Source: an uncultured Clostridia bacterium (lineage in GTDB: Bacteria; Bacillota; Clostridia; Christensenellales; UBA1242). From it: a stretch of 64,000 bases of DNA. Shown piece after piece: positions 50,844-59,566 of this stretch; position 1 is the first letter of the stretch; each line of letters opens with the position of its first letter. The position numbers and the translations under genes are program-made. Where the stretch lies: NCBI GenBank assembly GCA_944377145.1, contig CALWEH010000010.1, positions 4,871 to 68,870 of the forward strand, written 5' to 3'. The notes under the pieces were generated by a model. The model was given only the letters and a program-made list of their open reading frames with translations. It was not told the DNA's origin and did no database searches.

Positions 50844-50872
50844 AAAAAAATCCCACTGATGTGGGATTTTTT
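50844..50872. terminator. Bidirectional intrinsic terminator between convergent genes
   Basis: Stem aaaatcccac/gtgggatttt, loop tgat, with an A-run on one side and a T-run on the other. Confidence 0.85.
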
Positions 50873-50934
50873 GAGTAAGAATTTACTTCTTACATTAGTA
50901 TATTGTGCAGAATTTTTAAGAATATTCATATTTA

Positions 50935-53900
50935 TTATTTTTTTCTATTATATTCTTTTCTTCTATCATTTGCATCTTGCTCTGACTTTTTAAATAACAT
51001 ATCTTTATTATCTGGATTTACTTTATTTAAAATCTTATACCTATTTTCAGTTTGTATATATTCAGAATAAGGTTTATATGGTTCAACGCTATCTATAGTC
51101 ATGCAAGGTTTAGAATTAGGATTATATCTAAACAAAGTGTTATATCCACTAGCTACAGAGTCGTTTGAGTGAGTTTGGCTTTCTTTCATATCATATCCAT
51201 GATTTATACAAGGACAATATGCTATAATTAAGCTAGGACCCTCATAAGCTTCAGCTTCAATAAATGCTTTTACAGCTTGATCTGGATTTGCTCCTATTGC
51301 AATTTGAGCTACATATACATCTTTGTACACCATCATCATAGAAGCTAAATCTTTTTTCTTTGTAATTTTACCTGTTTGATTAAATTTTGCACTAGCTCCT
51401 CTAGGAGTGGCTTTACTTGTTTGCCCTCCAGTGTTTGAATATACCTCAGTGTCTAGTACCAAAATATTAACATTTTCACCACTTGCTATAACATGGTCAA
51501 GCCCTCCAAATCCAATATCATACGCCCAGCCATCTCCACCAATTATCCAAAGGCTAGGGTTAGGAATAAGGGCAATATTATCAAATAAGTATTTATCACA
51601 TTCATCTACTCCATGAGTGGCTGAATATAAATTTAATTGTTGAATAATATCTCTGTTTTGAGCATTGTTATTAGGATCTGCTAAAAATTTTTCTTTAATG
51701 GTACAAACATTTTGAGAAAAATCATTTTTTGATTTTAATGTATTTATAAAATTAATTCTTTGATCTTTTCTTGCAAGCATCATTCCAAAACCAAATTCTG
51801 CATTATCTTCAAATAAACTATTTGCCCATGCAGGACCTAAATCAAGTGCATCTTTAGTGTAAGGGCAGGTAGGGTATGTTCCACCATAAATGCTAGAACA
51901 CCCTGTAGCATTTGCCACCAACATTCTATCTCCAAACAACTGAGTTAATAATTTTATATATGGAGTTTCTCCACAACCTGCACAAGCTCCACTATATTCA
52001 AAATATGGCTTTTTAAATTGTACTCCTTTAACATTGTTAGGTTCAAATGGTTGAACTTGTTTAAGAGTGTAAGCATATTCTTGATTTTTAAGTTCTATTT
52101 CTTTTAATTTACTATCTGAACTCATTATAATTGCTTTACCTTTCATTGGGCAAACTTGTGCACATACTCCACAACCAGTGCAATCCAAAGGCTCTACCTG
52201 CATTCTATATTCACCATCTGTTAGCATAGCTTTTTTAGATGTGAAACTAGCAGGAGTAGAATCGTCTTTATTAAATATTACAGGGCGAAGACTAGCATGT
52301 GGACATATTACACTACATCTTCCACATTGAATACAAAATTCAGCATTCCAGCAAGGAATTTCGCTAGCAATTCCTCTTTTTTCAAATTTTGTTGTACCTG
52401 TAGGCATAGAACCGTTAGGAGTAAATTTGCTTACAGGTATATCATTTCCTTGTTGTTTTGTTATTGGCTCTATAATATCCTCATAATATTCTGTTTTTTC
52501 TTTAATTTCAACATCTGGAGTTTGTGTAAATATTGAATTATCTATAAGCTTGATTGATTTTTTTACACTTTCAATAGCTTTTATATTATTTTTTACAACA
52601 TTATCTCCCTTTTTTGAAAACATAACTTCAATGTTATGTTTAATATTTTCTAAAGCTTTTTCAAAAGGAATAATATTTGTTGCATAAAACAATGCTGTTT
52701 GCATTATATTATTTATTTTATTTCCAAGATTATTATTTAAAGCTATTTTATCTGCATTAATAGTGTAAACTTTTATGTTTTTATCTAAAATATCTTTTTT
52801 TATTTCATTCAACATTACTTTGTTTAATTCTTTTGAAGAATAGGAACAATTTATTATAAATATTCCATTTTTATCTAAACAGCTAGTAAGTGAATATTTT
52901 TTCAAAAATGAAGGATTATTGCATAATACAACATTTACTTGTTCAGAATTGAAAGATTTGTTTATAGGGTTTTTACTTGTTCTAATGTGAGATATAGTAA
53001 GGCTTCCAGATTTTTTGCTATCATAATCAAAATACCCTTGAGCATAACTATGTTCTCCTAAAATTTTAATTATACTTTTAGCGCTAGATACGCTACCATC
53101 ACTTCCAAGTCCATAAATTCTTGCTTTAAAATCCTTATTATCTTCTTTATATAAGTTTAATTTTAAAAGAGAATTATTGTTTACATCATCATCAATTCCA
53201 ACACTGAATGGAGAAGTTTTCTTATCTCTCATATTGTAAAATACACTTATAGCATCATTTGGAGTAAATTCTTTTCCTCCAAGCCCATATACGCCAGACA
53301 AAACATTAACTTTTATTTTATTTTTAAATAAAGTGTTTACTATTATAGAATAAATAGGGTTGTCTCCATTAACAGTAAAATTTCGTTCAAGTACTGTGAT
53401 GTTTTTAACTGTTTTTGGAAGAATATTTATAAATGTTTCTTCGTCAAAAGGTTTTAACAAACGAATATTTATAACTCCTGTTTTACCCTTCATATAAGGC
53501 ATTGCTTCTTTAAGAGTATTAATACTGCTTCCCATAGCTATTACAATATCAGTGGCTGATTTGTCGCCATAATATTCAATGGTATCATAATTTCTATTAG
53601 TTATGCTACTAGTTTTATTTAACGCTTTTTTAACTTCACTTATTACATTATTATAAAAAGGTGCAGATGCCATACGGTTTTGGAAAAATACATCAGGATT
53701 TTGATTTGTGCCCTTAGCATAAGGTTTGTAATTGTACATAGCATTATTTTTAAATTTTTTAATATCTTCTAAGTTTATAATAGAAGCTATTTCTTCTTTA
53801 GTGCTTTGTTCAATAGTGTTTAACTCATGAGAAGTTCTAAAACCATCAAAAAAACAAATAAAAGGGGTGCTTGTAGCAAGAGAAGCTAATTGAGCGGAAA

Positions 53901-54354
53901 TAGCTATATCATTTGCTTCTTGCACACTAGAACAGCTTATTATATTAAATCCTGTTTGTAAACAAGCATAAATATCACTATGGTCACAAAAAATGTTTAG
54001 AGCGTGTGTGGCAACACTTCTAGAAGAAACATATATTACGCAAGGTAGTAATTCTCCTGCAATTTTATACATATTAGGAATCATTAATAGTAACCCTTGA
54101 CTTGATGTGAAAGTAGTGGCTAAAGCTCCACTAGTTAAAGCTCCGTGCAAAGCTCCCGCCACCCCAGCTTCTGATTGCATTTGTGTGATACGTACTTTGT
54201 TATTAAATATATTTAGCTCTCCTTTAGTGGAGAAATCATCACATGCTTCAGCCATAGGTGAGCTTGGAGTAATAGGATATATAACTGCCATATCATTCAT
54301 CAAATATCCAATATGTGCCATTGCACTATTTCCATCAATAGTAATTTTTTTCAT
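50935..54354 (-). CDS. nifJ: Pyruvate:ferredoxin (flavodoxin) oxidoreductase
   Basis: 1139 aa from MKKITIDGNSAMAH (SD aggggga). It has two 4Fe-4S ferredoxin motifs (CIQCGRCSVICP, CTGCGVCAQVCP) and the TPP motif GGDGWAYDIGFGGLDH. The track's 19-codon upstream extension is rejected. Confidence 0.95.
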   Translation of the reverse strand: MKKITIDGNSAMAHIGYLMNDMAVIYPITPSSPMAEACDDFSTKGELNIFNNKVRITQMQSEAGVAGALHGALTSGALATTFTSSQGLLLMIPNMYKIAGELLPCVIYVSSRSVATHALNIFCDHSDIYACLQTGFNIISCSSVQEANDIAISAQLASLATSTPFICFFDGFRTSHELNTIEQSTKEEIASIINLEDIKKFKNNAMYNYKPYAKGTNQNPDVFFQNRMASAPFYNNVISEVKKALNKTSSITNRNYDTIEYYGDKSATDIVIAMGSSINTLKEAMPYMKGKTGVINIRLLKPFDEETFINILPKTVKNITVLERNFTVNGDNPIYSIIVNTLFKNKIKVNVLSGVYGLGGKEFTPNDAISVFYNMRDKKTSPFSVGIDDDVNNNSLLKLNLYKEDNKDFKARIYGLGSDGSVSSAKSIIKILGEHSYAQGYFDYDSKKSGSLTISHIRTSKNPINKSFNSEQVNVVLCNNPSFLKKYSLTSCLDKNGIFIINCSYSSKELNKVMLNEIKKDILDKNIKVYTINADKIALNNNLGNKINNIMQTALFYATNIIPFEKALENIKHNIEVMFSKKGDNVVKNNIKAIESVKKSIKLIDNSIFTQTPDVEIKEKTEYYEDIIEPITKQQGNDIPVSKFTPNGSMPTGTTKFEKRGIASEIPCWNAEFCIQCGRCSVICPHASLRPVIFNKDDSTPASFTSKKAMLTDGEYRMQVEPLDCTGCGVCAQVCPMKGKAIIMSSDSKLKEIELKNQEYAYTLKQVQPFEPNNVKGVQFKKPYFEYSGACAGCGETPYIKLLTQLFGDRMLVANATGCSSIYGGTYPTCPYTKDALDLGPAWANSLFEDNAEFGFGMMLARKDQRINFINTLKSKNDFSQNVCTIKEKFLADPNNNAQNRDIIQQLNLYSATHGVDECDKYLFDNIALIPNPSLWIIGGDGWAYDIGFGGLDHVIASGENVNILVLDTEVYSNTGGQTSKATPRGASAKFNQTGKITKKKDLASMMMVYKDVYVAQIAIGANPDQAVKAFIEAEAYEGPSLIIAYCPCINHGYDMKESQTHSNDSVASGYNTLFRYNPNSKPCMTIDSVEPYKPYSEYIQTENRYKILNKVNPDNKDMLFKKSEQDANDRRKEYNRKK

Positions 54355-54444
54355 AAATCCCCCTATAAGTCTTATTTTCAATATTTTAAATCTATTTATA
54401 TTTATTGTCAAATTAATTAACAGACTAAATTTATAAAATTTGCT

Positions 54445-54478
54445 TTGATTAGTATAATAAATTTGATATAATATAATT
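54445..54478 (+). promoter_or_regulatory. Promoter placing +1 on the truA ATG (leaderless candidate)
   Basis: TTGATT-16 nt-TGaTATAAT-ataatt-ATG(54479). No SD is present. Confidence 0.45.
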
Positions 54479-55201
54479 ATGAGATATTTATTAATTATTA
54501 GTTATGATGGCACTAATTTTTCAGGATTTCAAAAGCAAAACAAAGGAGAGAGAACTGTTCAACAAGAACTTGAAAAAGCTTTAAAAATTTTATTAAAACA
54601 AGATGTTAATGTAGTAGCAAGTGGTAGAACAGATGCTGGTGTTCATGCATATAATCAAGCAGTACATATAGAATCAAATGTTATTGCAGATAAGATGAAG
54701 TTTTTACACTCAATCAATGGAATATTGCCTGAAGACGTTAAAGTAAAAAGTATAAAAAAAACAAATGTGCATGCACGCTTTTCTGCAAAGAAAAAAACTT
54801 ATTTGTATAAAATGTATATAAGTGATATTGATTTGCCTTTATACAATTATTTTTTGCGTATTCCTAAAAATTGTGATTTAAAACTTATGAAACAGGCTGG
54901 GGAAATATTATTGGGCGAACATGATTTTAAAAACTTTTGTGCATCAGGTAGTGATGTAAAATCAACTGTAAAAACTATATATTCAATAAAATGGAAAAAA
55001 ATGAGAGAAGAATTACATTTTTACATCACAGGTAATGGATTCTTATATAAAATGGTAAGAAACATTATAGGAATTATTATTCAAGTAGGGTTGAAAAAAA
55101 TAACTTTAGATGAATTTAAAAATTATTTAATATTGCCTTATACAGAAAAACATTATACAGCACCATCTAAAGCTTTATATTTGTATAAAGTTGTATATTA
55201 A
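54479..55201 (+). CDS. truA: tRNA pseudouridine(38-40) synthase TruA
   Basis: 240 aa with YDGTNFSGFQKQ and the catalytic motif GRTDAGVHA. Confidence 0.93.
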   Translation: MRYLLIISYDGTNFSGFQKQNKGERTVQQELEKALKILLKQDVNVVASGRTDAGVHAYNQAVHIESNVIADKMKFLHSINGILPEDVKVKSIKKTNVHARFSAKKKTYLYKMYISDIDLPLYNYFLRIPKNCDLKLMKQAGEILLGEHDFKNFCASGSDVKSTVKTIYSIKWKKMREELHFYITGNGFLYKMVRNIIGIIIQVGLKKITLDEFKNYLILPYTEKHYTAPSKALYLYKVVY

Positions 55202-55260
55202 TAATATTAAATATTGACAGAAAAGATTAAGTATGATATTATATCAACAGGAGAGGAATA

Positions 55261-56184
55261 ATGGAATATGCAAGAATAAATTGGTGGCCTGGCATTGCAG
55301 GTCAATCAAATGTTGGGAAACAAATATTTGAAAAAGATGATAGTACAATAGAGCAATATAATAAAGCTTTAAATAAAGGTGATATAAATGGAGAAAAATA
55401 TACTTTATTAAAAGACGATTTTACAGAATTAAATGGAGTTAAATGTTATAGAATTAAGTATTTAAAAGATGTATATTCTCCTTTTGGTCAATTACTTGCT
55501 CAAAATGGAGATTTGGGCGGATATATTACTCCTTATGCTTTATCACAAGAAGGTGGTTGCGTTGTGTTGAATGACGCAATTGTATGTGGCGGAGAAGATT
55601 ATTTAGGTGCATTTGTTGTAGATAATGCTATAGTAAAAGATCAAGCTGTAATCAACTACAATTTGCCAAAAAATAAACGCAATTATGGAACTATTAATCA
55701 CTGTATTCAAGTATCACAAGAAGTTAGAATTGCAAATAATGCTCAAGTAAATGGTCACGCTATTACAATAAGAGGAAATGCTCAAATAAATGGAAATGCA
55801 CTTATTTTGGGTAAATATGTATATCTAAATTATGAACAAAATGTTGTAAGAGGAAATGCTGTTATTAAAGATAATGTTATTATATCTTCAAAAACAACCC
55901 TTGAAGGCTGGAAAGAATTGTCTGGAAAAGAATTTGGTAAATTAGATTTTTGTTTTGATGAAAATCAATTATCTTCTCAATGGGGTAATAAATTAGGTGG
56001 TAGTGGACATATTTTAAAATTTGGAAATTTGATTATAGGCTATCAAGGAAATAATGATAATTTATATAAAAAACCAATATCAAGTTTTTGTAAAGATAGT
56101 ACTTTAACACAATTAAGTCAACGTATGGCTTTAAATATGGACCATGATAGTTTAATGGAAGCTCTTTATGGCAAAATGCTTTAA
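55261..56184 (+). CDS. Hypothetical protein with a left-handed beta-helix (hexapeptide-repeat) core
   Basis: 307 aa with SD aggagagg and its own promoter TTGACA-17-TATTAT. The stretch IANNAQVNGHAITIRGNAQINGNALILG...VRGNAVIKDNVII shows hexapeptide periodicity. Confidence 0.5.
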   Translation: MEYARINWWPGIAGQSNVGKQIFEKDDSTIEQYNKALNKGDINGEKYTLLKDDFTELNGVKCYRIKYLKDVYSPFGQLLAQNGDLGGYITPYALSQEGGCVVLNDAIVCGGEDYLGAFVVDNAIVKDQAVINYNLPKNKRNYGTINHCIQVSQEVRIANNAQVNGHAITIRGNAQINGNALILGKYVYLNYEQNVVRGNAVIKDNVIISSKTTLEGWKELSGKEFGKLDFCFDENQLSSQWGNKLGGSGHILKFGNLIIGYQGNNDNLYKKPISSFCKDSTLTQLSQRMALNMDHDSLMEALYGKML

Positions 56185-56233
56185 TTTTAATTAGCTTAAT
56201 ATCTAAAAATAATTTAAAACTTTGAAAAAACCA

Positions 56234-56344
56234 TTGACAATTTCTAAAATATTAGATATACTAAATTAGTACTAGAATAATTTGCACTGCTATCCACACT
56301 AGCCCTAAGTGCTTTATGTTTAGTAAAATCTTTTGGAGGAAATT
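56234..56344 (+). promoter_or_regulatory. rplM promoter plus a roughly 76-nt structured leader (possible L13 autoregulatory leader)
   Basis: TTGACA-17 nt-TATACT (56234-56262). The leader contains the hairpin gcact...agtgc just upstream of SD ggagga. Confidence 0.45.
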
Positions 56345-56788
56345 ATGAACACATATATGGCTAATCCTGCCACAGTTGAAAAAAAGTGGTATGTTATAAA
56401 TGCCGATGGTATGGCACTAGGTAGATGTGCTGCTGAAGTGGCAAAGTTACTTCGTGGCAAACATAAGGCTACATTTACACCACATGTTGATTGCGGAGAT
56501 TATGTTATTGTAATTAATAGCGATAAATTGGTTTTAACAGGTAAGAAGTTAGAACAAAAATATTTTAAAAGATATTCTGGTTATCAAAGCGGATTAAAGT
56601 TAACTCAATATAGTAAAATGATGAATGAAAAATCTGATGTTGCTTTGATGAGAGCGGTAAAAGGTATGTTACCTAAAAACAGTTTAGGTAGAACAATGTT
56701 AACTCATTGTCATATATTTAAAGGTGCTGAACATAACATGGAAGCTCAAAAACCAGTAGAATGGAAAATTGATGGAGGTAATAACTAA
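56345..56788 (+). CDS. rplM: 50S ribosomal protein L13
   Basis: 147 aa from [18 protein letters not shown] (SD ggagga), canonical L13. Confidence 0.97.
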   Translation: MNTYMANPATVEKKWYVINADGMALGRCAAEVAKLLRGKHKATFTPHVDCGDYVIVINSDKLVLTGKKLEQKYFKRYSGYQSGLKLTQYSKMMNEKSDVALMRAVKGMLPKNSLGRTMLTHCHIFKGAEHNMEAQKPVEWKIDGGNN

Positions 56789-57396
56789 TGGCTGAAGAGA
56801 AAGTTGAAGAATTAGTTGAAGTTAAACCTAAGAGAACAAGAGCTAAAAAAGCTGAAACAGCTGAAGTTGTAGAAGAGGCTAAAACTGTTGAGAAAAAAAC
56901 TACTACTAAAAGAACTAAAAAGGCAGATGCTTCAGATGCAAAAGATACATCAGCTAAAAAAGCAGACGCCCCAGCTAAAAAGGCTACAAAAAAGGTTTCA
57001 AAATCTACAGTTCAAGAATTTTTAGGTACAGGAAAACGCAAAACTTCAGTAGCTCGTGTAAGACTTGTTACTGGTAGTGGAAAGATTATTGTTAATGGTA
57101 AAGATATTGCAGAATATTTTAAGCTTGATTCTTTAATTGCTACTGCAAAACAACCTTTAGTATTAACAGACCTTGCATCAGTTGTAGATGTTACTGCAAA
57201 TATTTATGGTGGAGGAATTTCTGGTCAGGCTGGTGCTTTAAGACATGGAATTACTAAAGCTTTAATTGAATTTAGACCAGAATTGAGAACTGAGCTTAAA
57301 AAAGCAGGATTTGTAACTAGAGATGCTAGAAAGAAAGAGCGTAAAAAATATGGATTAAAGAAAGCTCGTAAAGCACCTCAATTTAGTAAGAGATAA
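56788..57396 (+). CDS. rpsI: 30S ribosomal protein S9 with a roughly 70-aa Lys/Ala/Glu-rich N-terminal extension
   Basis: 202 aa. The C-terminal roughly 130 aa ([14 protein letters not shown]...[17 protein letters not shown]) is canonical S9. The start overlaps the rplM stop (TAATG). No alternative in-frame ATG exists before the core. Confidence 0.9.
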   Translation: MAEEKVEELVEVKPKRTRAKKAETAEVVEEAKTVEKKTTTKRTKKADASDAKDTSAKKADAPAKKATKKVSKSTVQEFLGTGKRKTSVARVRLVTGSGKIIVNGKDIAEYFKLDSLIATAKQPLVLTDLASVVDVTANIYGGGISGQAGALRHGITKALIEFRPELRTELKKAGFVTRDARKKERKKYGLKKARKAPQFSKR

Positions 57397-57403
57397 TATT
57401 TTA

Positions 57404-57438
57404 AAAATAGACAAAAATTATTTTGTCTATTTTTTTTG
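57404..57438 (+). terminator. Intrinsic terminator after rpsI
   Basis: 13-bp stem aaaatagacaaaa/ttttgtctatttt, loop atta, then a T-run. Confidence 0.85.
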
Positions 57439-57525
57439 TTTATATCATTTTGCTTGCTTTTTTATTTTTTTAATGATATCATATTTATAATGTGTATATT
57501 AATATATAAAAAGGGGAAATAAGGT

Positions 57526-58008
57526 ATGATTAAATGTAAATTTGATTATAATAAGGCATTATTGGATAAAATTACAGCTAATTCTACTAAAAAAGCAAAT
57601 TTTATTATAGAAATTTGTGCATTTGTAATATTTTTGAGTTCAATAGTATTGTTTTGCTTTAAATATTACAGCTTAGCTATCTCATTCTTAATATTATCTA
57701 TAGTTTTAGCTATTGCATTAATAGTGGTAAATGTAGTAATATCTAAGGGCAATAATACATTGCTAGGTCAAACAGTGGAAATTGAATTTAATCAAGATGA
57801 TATGCTTGTAAAAATTTTATTAAGAGATAATGAATTAGCTAGTGCTCAAATAGCTTATAATATAATAAAACGGGTTAAAGTAGAAGAAGATTTAATATAT
57901 TTTTATATTAATTCTAAAAATGCTGTTATTGCACCTAAAAATAGTTTTTCCTCAAAAGAAGATGCTGACAAAGCTATTGGTTTAGCTGGCAATAATTACG
58001 TTGAATAA
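57526..58008 (+). CDS. YcxB-like membrane protein
   Basis: 160 aa with two TM helices, followed by a C-terminal domain with the pattern ...IKRVKVEEDLIYFYINSKNAVIAPKNSFSS.EDA, typical of YcxB-like proteins. Confidence 0.5.
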   Translation: MIKCKFDYNKALLDKITANSTKKANFIIEICAFVIFLSSIVLFCFKYYSLAISFLILSIVLAIALIVVNVVISKGNNTLLGQTVEIEFNQDDMLVKILLRDNELASAQIAYNIIKRVKVEEDLIYFYINSKNAVIAPKNSFSSKEDADKAIGLAGNNYVE

Positions 58009-58035
58009 TTTTAATATAACTTAAAGGGGTGAATT

Positions 58036-58776
58036 ATGGATATTTTATTTGTAATAGATAGTATAAAAAATTTAGATAAAAAAATATCTTTAATCACTGA
58101 TAATTTTGGAAATAATATAAAATTTTTTGTTCATGCTAAATTGGTAGCAGATATTGCTAAAAATAAATTTATAGCCACTAATACAATAGCTATTTATAAT
58201 AAAAATGTAAATGTAACTATTGATAAATATATTAAGTCTGCAAATTACACCCCAACAAACACTTTACTATATTATTCTAGTGCAGATATAGATTCAACTA
58301 TACTAAATGAAATGAGGGATAAAATTATTTTAAATCCGTCTACTATTTATGTGAAAAAACATTTTAATTTATTCAAAAAATGTTGGGTGTGGATATATAA
58401 TAAAATTGTTAAAACAGTGTTTGGAATGTATGATGAATATGCTAGTATTAAGTTACAGTATATTAGCGAAAATGTTATGAGAAGTTTGATTGATGTTAAA
58501 TTTAGAAATCATATATTTACAATATCTGAAAGTACATCTATACAAATTGATAAGAGTAAAGCTAGTTCATTTTATGATATGCCAAAGTTTCAAAAAAGCT
58601 ATTTAATAAATTGCATTGTATTTATTTTAGCTCTTATGGGATATGTTGTGTTAGAAAAGTTTTTCAAATTGCGTTTTTGGATGTATTTTATGATAATTGC
58701 AGTATTATTAGCCATTATAATTAGTTTTATAGTATTAATAGTTAAAGCTATATTGGATATTAGATATAAAAATTGA
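58036..58776 (+). CDS. Hypothetical protein with C-terminal TM helices (246 aa)
   Basis: SD aaagggg. Two C-terminal hydrophobic helices. No family was recognised. Confidence 0.45.
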   Translation: MDILFVIDSIKNLDKKISLITDNFGNNIKFFVHAKLVADIAKNKFIATNTIAIYNKNVNVTIDKYIKSANYTPTNTLLYYSSADIDSTILNEMRDKIILNPSTIYVKKHFNLFKKCWVWIYNKIVKTVFGMYDEYASIKLQYISENVMRSLIDVKFRNHIFTISESTSIQIDKSKASSFYDMPKFQKSYLINCIVFILALMGYVVLEKFFKLRFWMYFMIIAVLLAIIISFIVLIVKAILDIRYKN

Positions 58777-58802
58777 AAAAGAGCCAAAATTGCTCTTTTT
58801 TT
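58776..58802. terminator. Bidirectional intrinsic terminator
   Basis: Stem aaaaagagc/gctcttttt, loop caaaatt, between convergent genes. Confidence 0.8.
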
Positions 58803-59457
58803 ATTTGATATGAAAATGATTTTTGTTAAAATCTAATATACCTTCTTTTCGCATTTTGCTTAATTCAAAACTAAGTGCACTTCTATCTACTGAAAGATAA
58901 TCTGCCAATTCTTGTCTGTTAAATGGAATATCAAAATATTTTGAGTTGTATTTTTTGCTAACAGATTGCAAATAAGAAAGTACTTTGTCTTTTGTAGAAT
59001 GTTTTGTTATATGATTAAATTTTTCCATAAGTTCAATATTTTTTTGTGATATTATTTTTACTAAATTGTTTTGAAGGCGTGTATGACGCTGACACATATT
59101 TTCACATGGATAAAGAACTCTTAATTTATTCATTGTTAATACTTGAGAATTTTCAACGGCTATTAAATTATATTTAGTTGTATTCAAACCGCTAAAAGCT
59201 TCTTCAATGCCAATGGCATCTCCAGAATAATAATCAGCAATAATAGAATTGTTCCCATAATAATCGCTAAGAGTAGTTCTTAAATGACCATCTAATACTA
59301 ATATAATGTTTTCAAAGGGAGAATTTTCATTTAATATAATTTCTCCTTTTTCTACTTCTAATACTCTGGTTTTAAAACAAAAATGTAAAGCTTTTATATC
59401 ACTATCTTCAATATTTTCAAAAATTTTTGATTTTTTCATTTTTTTTAAAATTTCCAT
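58801..59457 (-). CDS. Crp/Fnr family transcriptional regulator
   Basis: 218 aa from MEILKKMKKSKIF. It has an N-terminal cNMP-binding-like beta-barrel and the C-terminal HTH RQELADYLSVDRSALSFELSKMRKEGIL. No N-terminal Fnr-type Cys cluster is present. Confidence 0.8.
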   Translation of the reverse strand: MEILKKMKKSKIFENIEDSDIKALHFCFKTRVLEVEKGEIILNENSPFENIILVLDGHLRTTLSDYYGNNSIIADYYSGDAIGIEEAFSGLNTTKYNLIAVENSQVLTMNKLRVLYPCENMCQRHTRLQNNLVKIISQKNIELMEKFNHITKHSTKDKVLSYLQSVSKKYNSKYFDIPFNRQELADYLSVDRSALSFELSKMRKEGILDFNKNHFHIK

Positions 59458-59472
59458 AAAAACCTCAATTTT

Positions 59473-59486
59473 GTTGTAAAAACAAC
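59473..59486. promoter_or_regulatory. Inverted repeat GTTGT-N4-ACAAC, candidate Crp/Fnr-type operator for nrdDG
   Basis: A 5-4-5 inverted repeat centred at 59479.5, which is -41.5 relative to the +1 predicted from TATAAT at 59509-59514. Confidence 0.4.
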
Positions 59487-59566
59487 GCATTTTATATAAA
59501 TAATGTACTATAATGGCAGTGAAAAGTCAAGAAATTATAAAATCTTGATAAAAAAGGAGAATTGTC

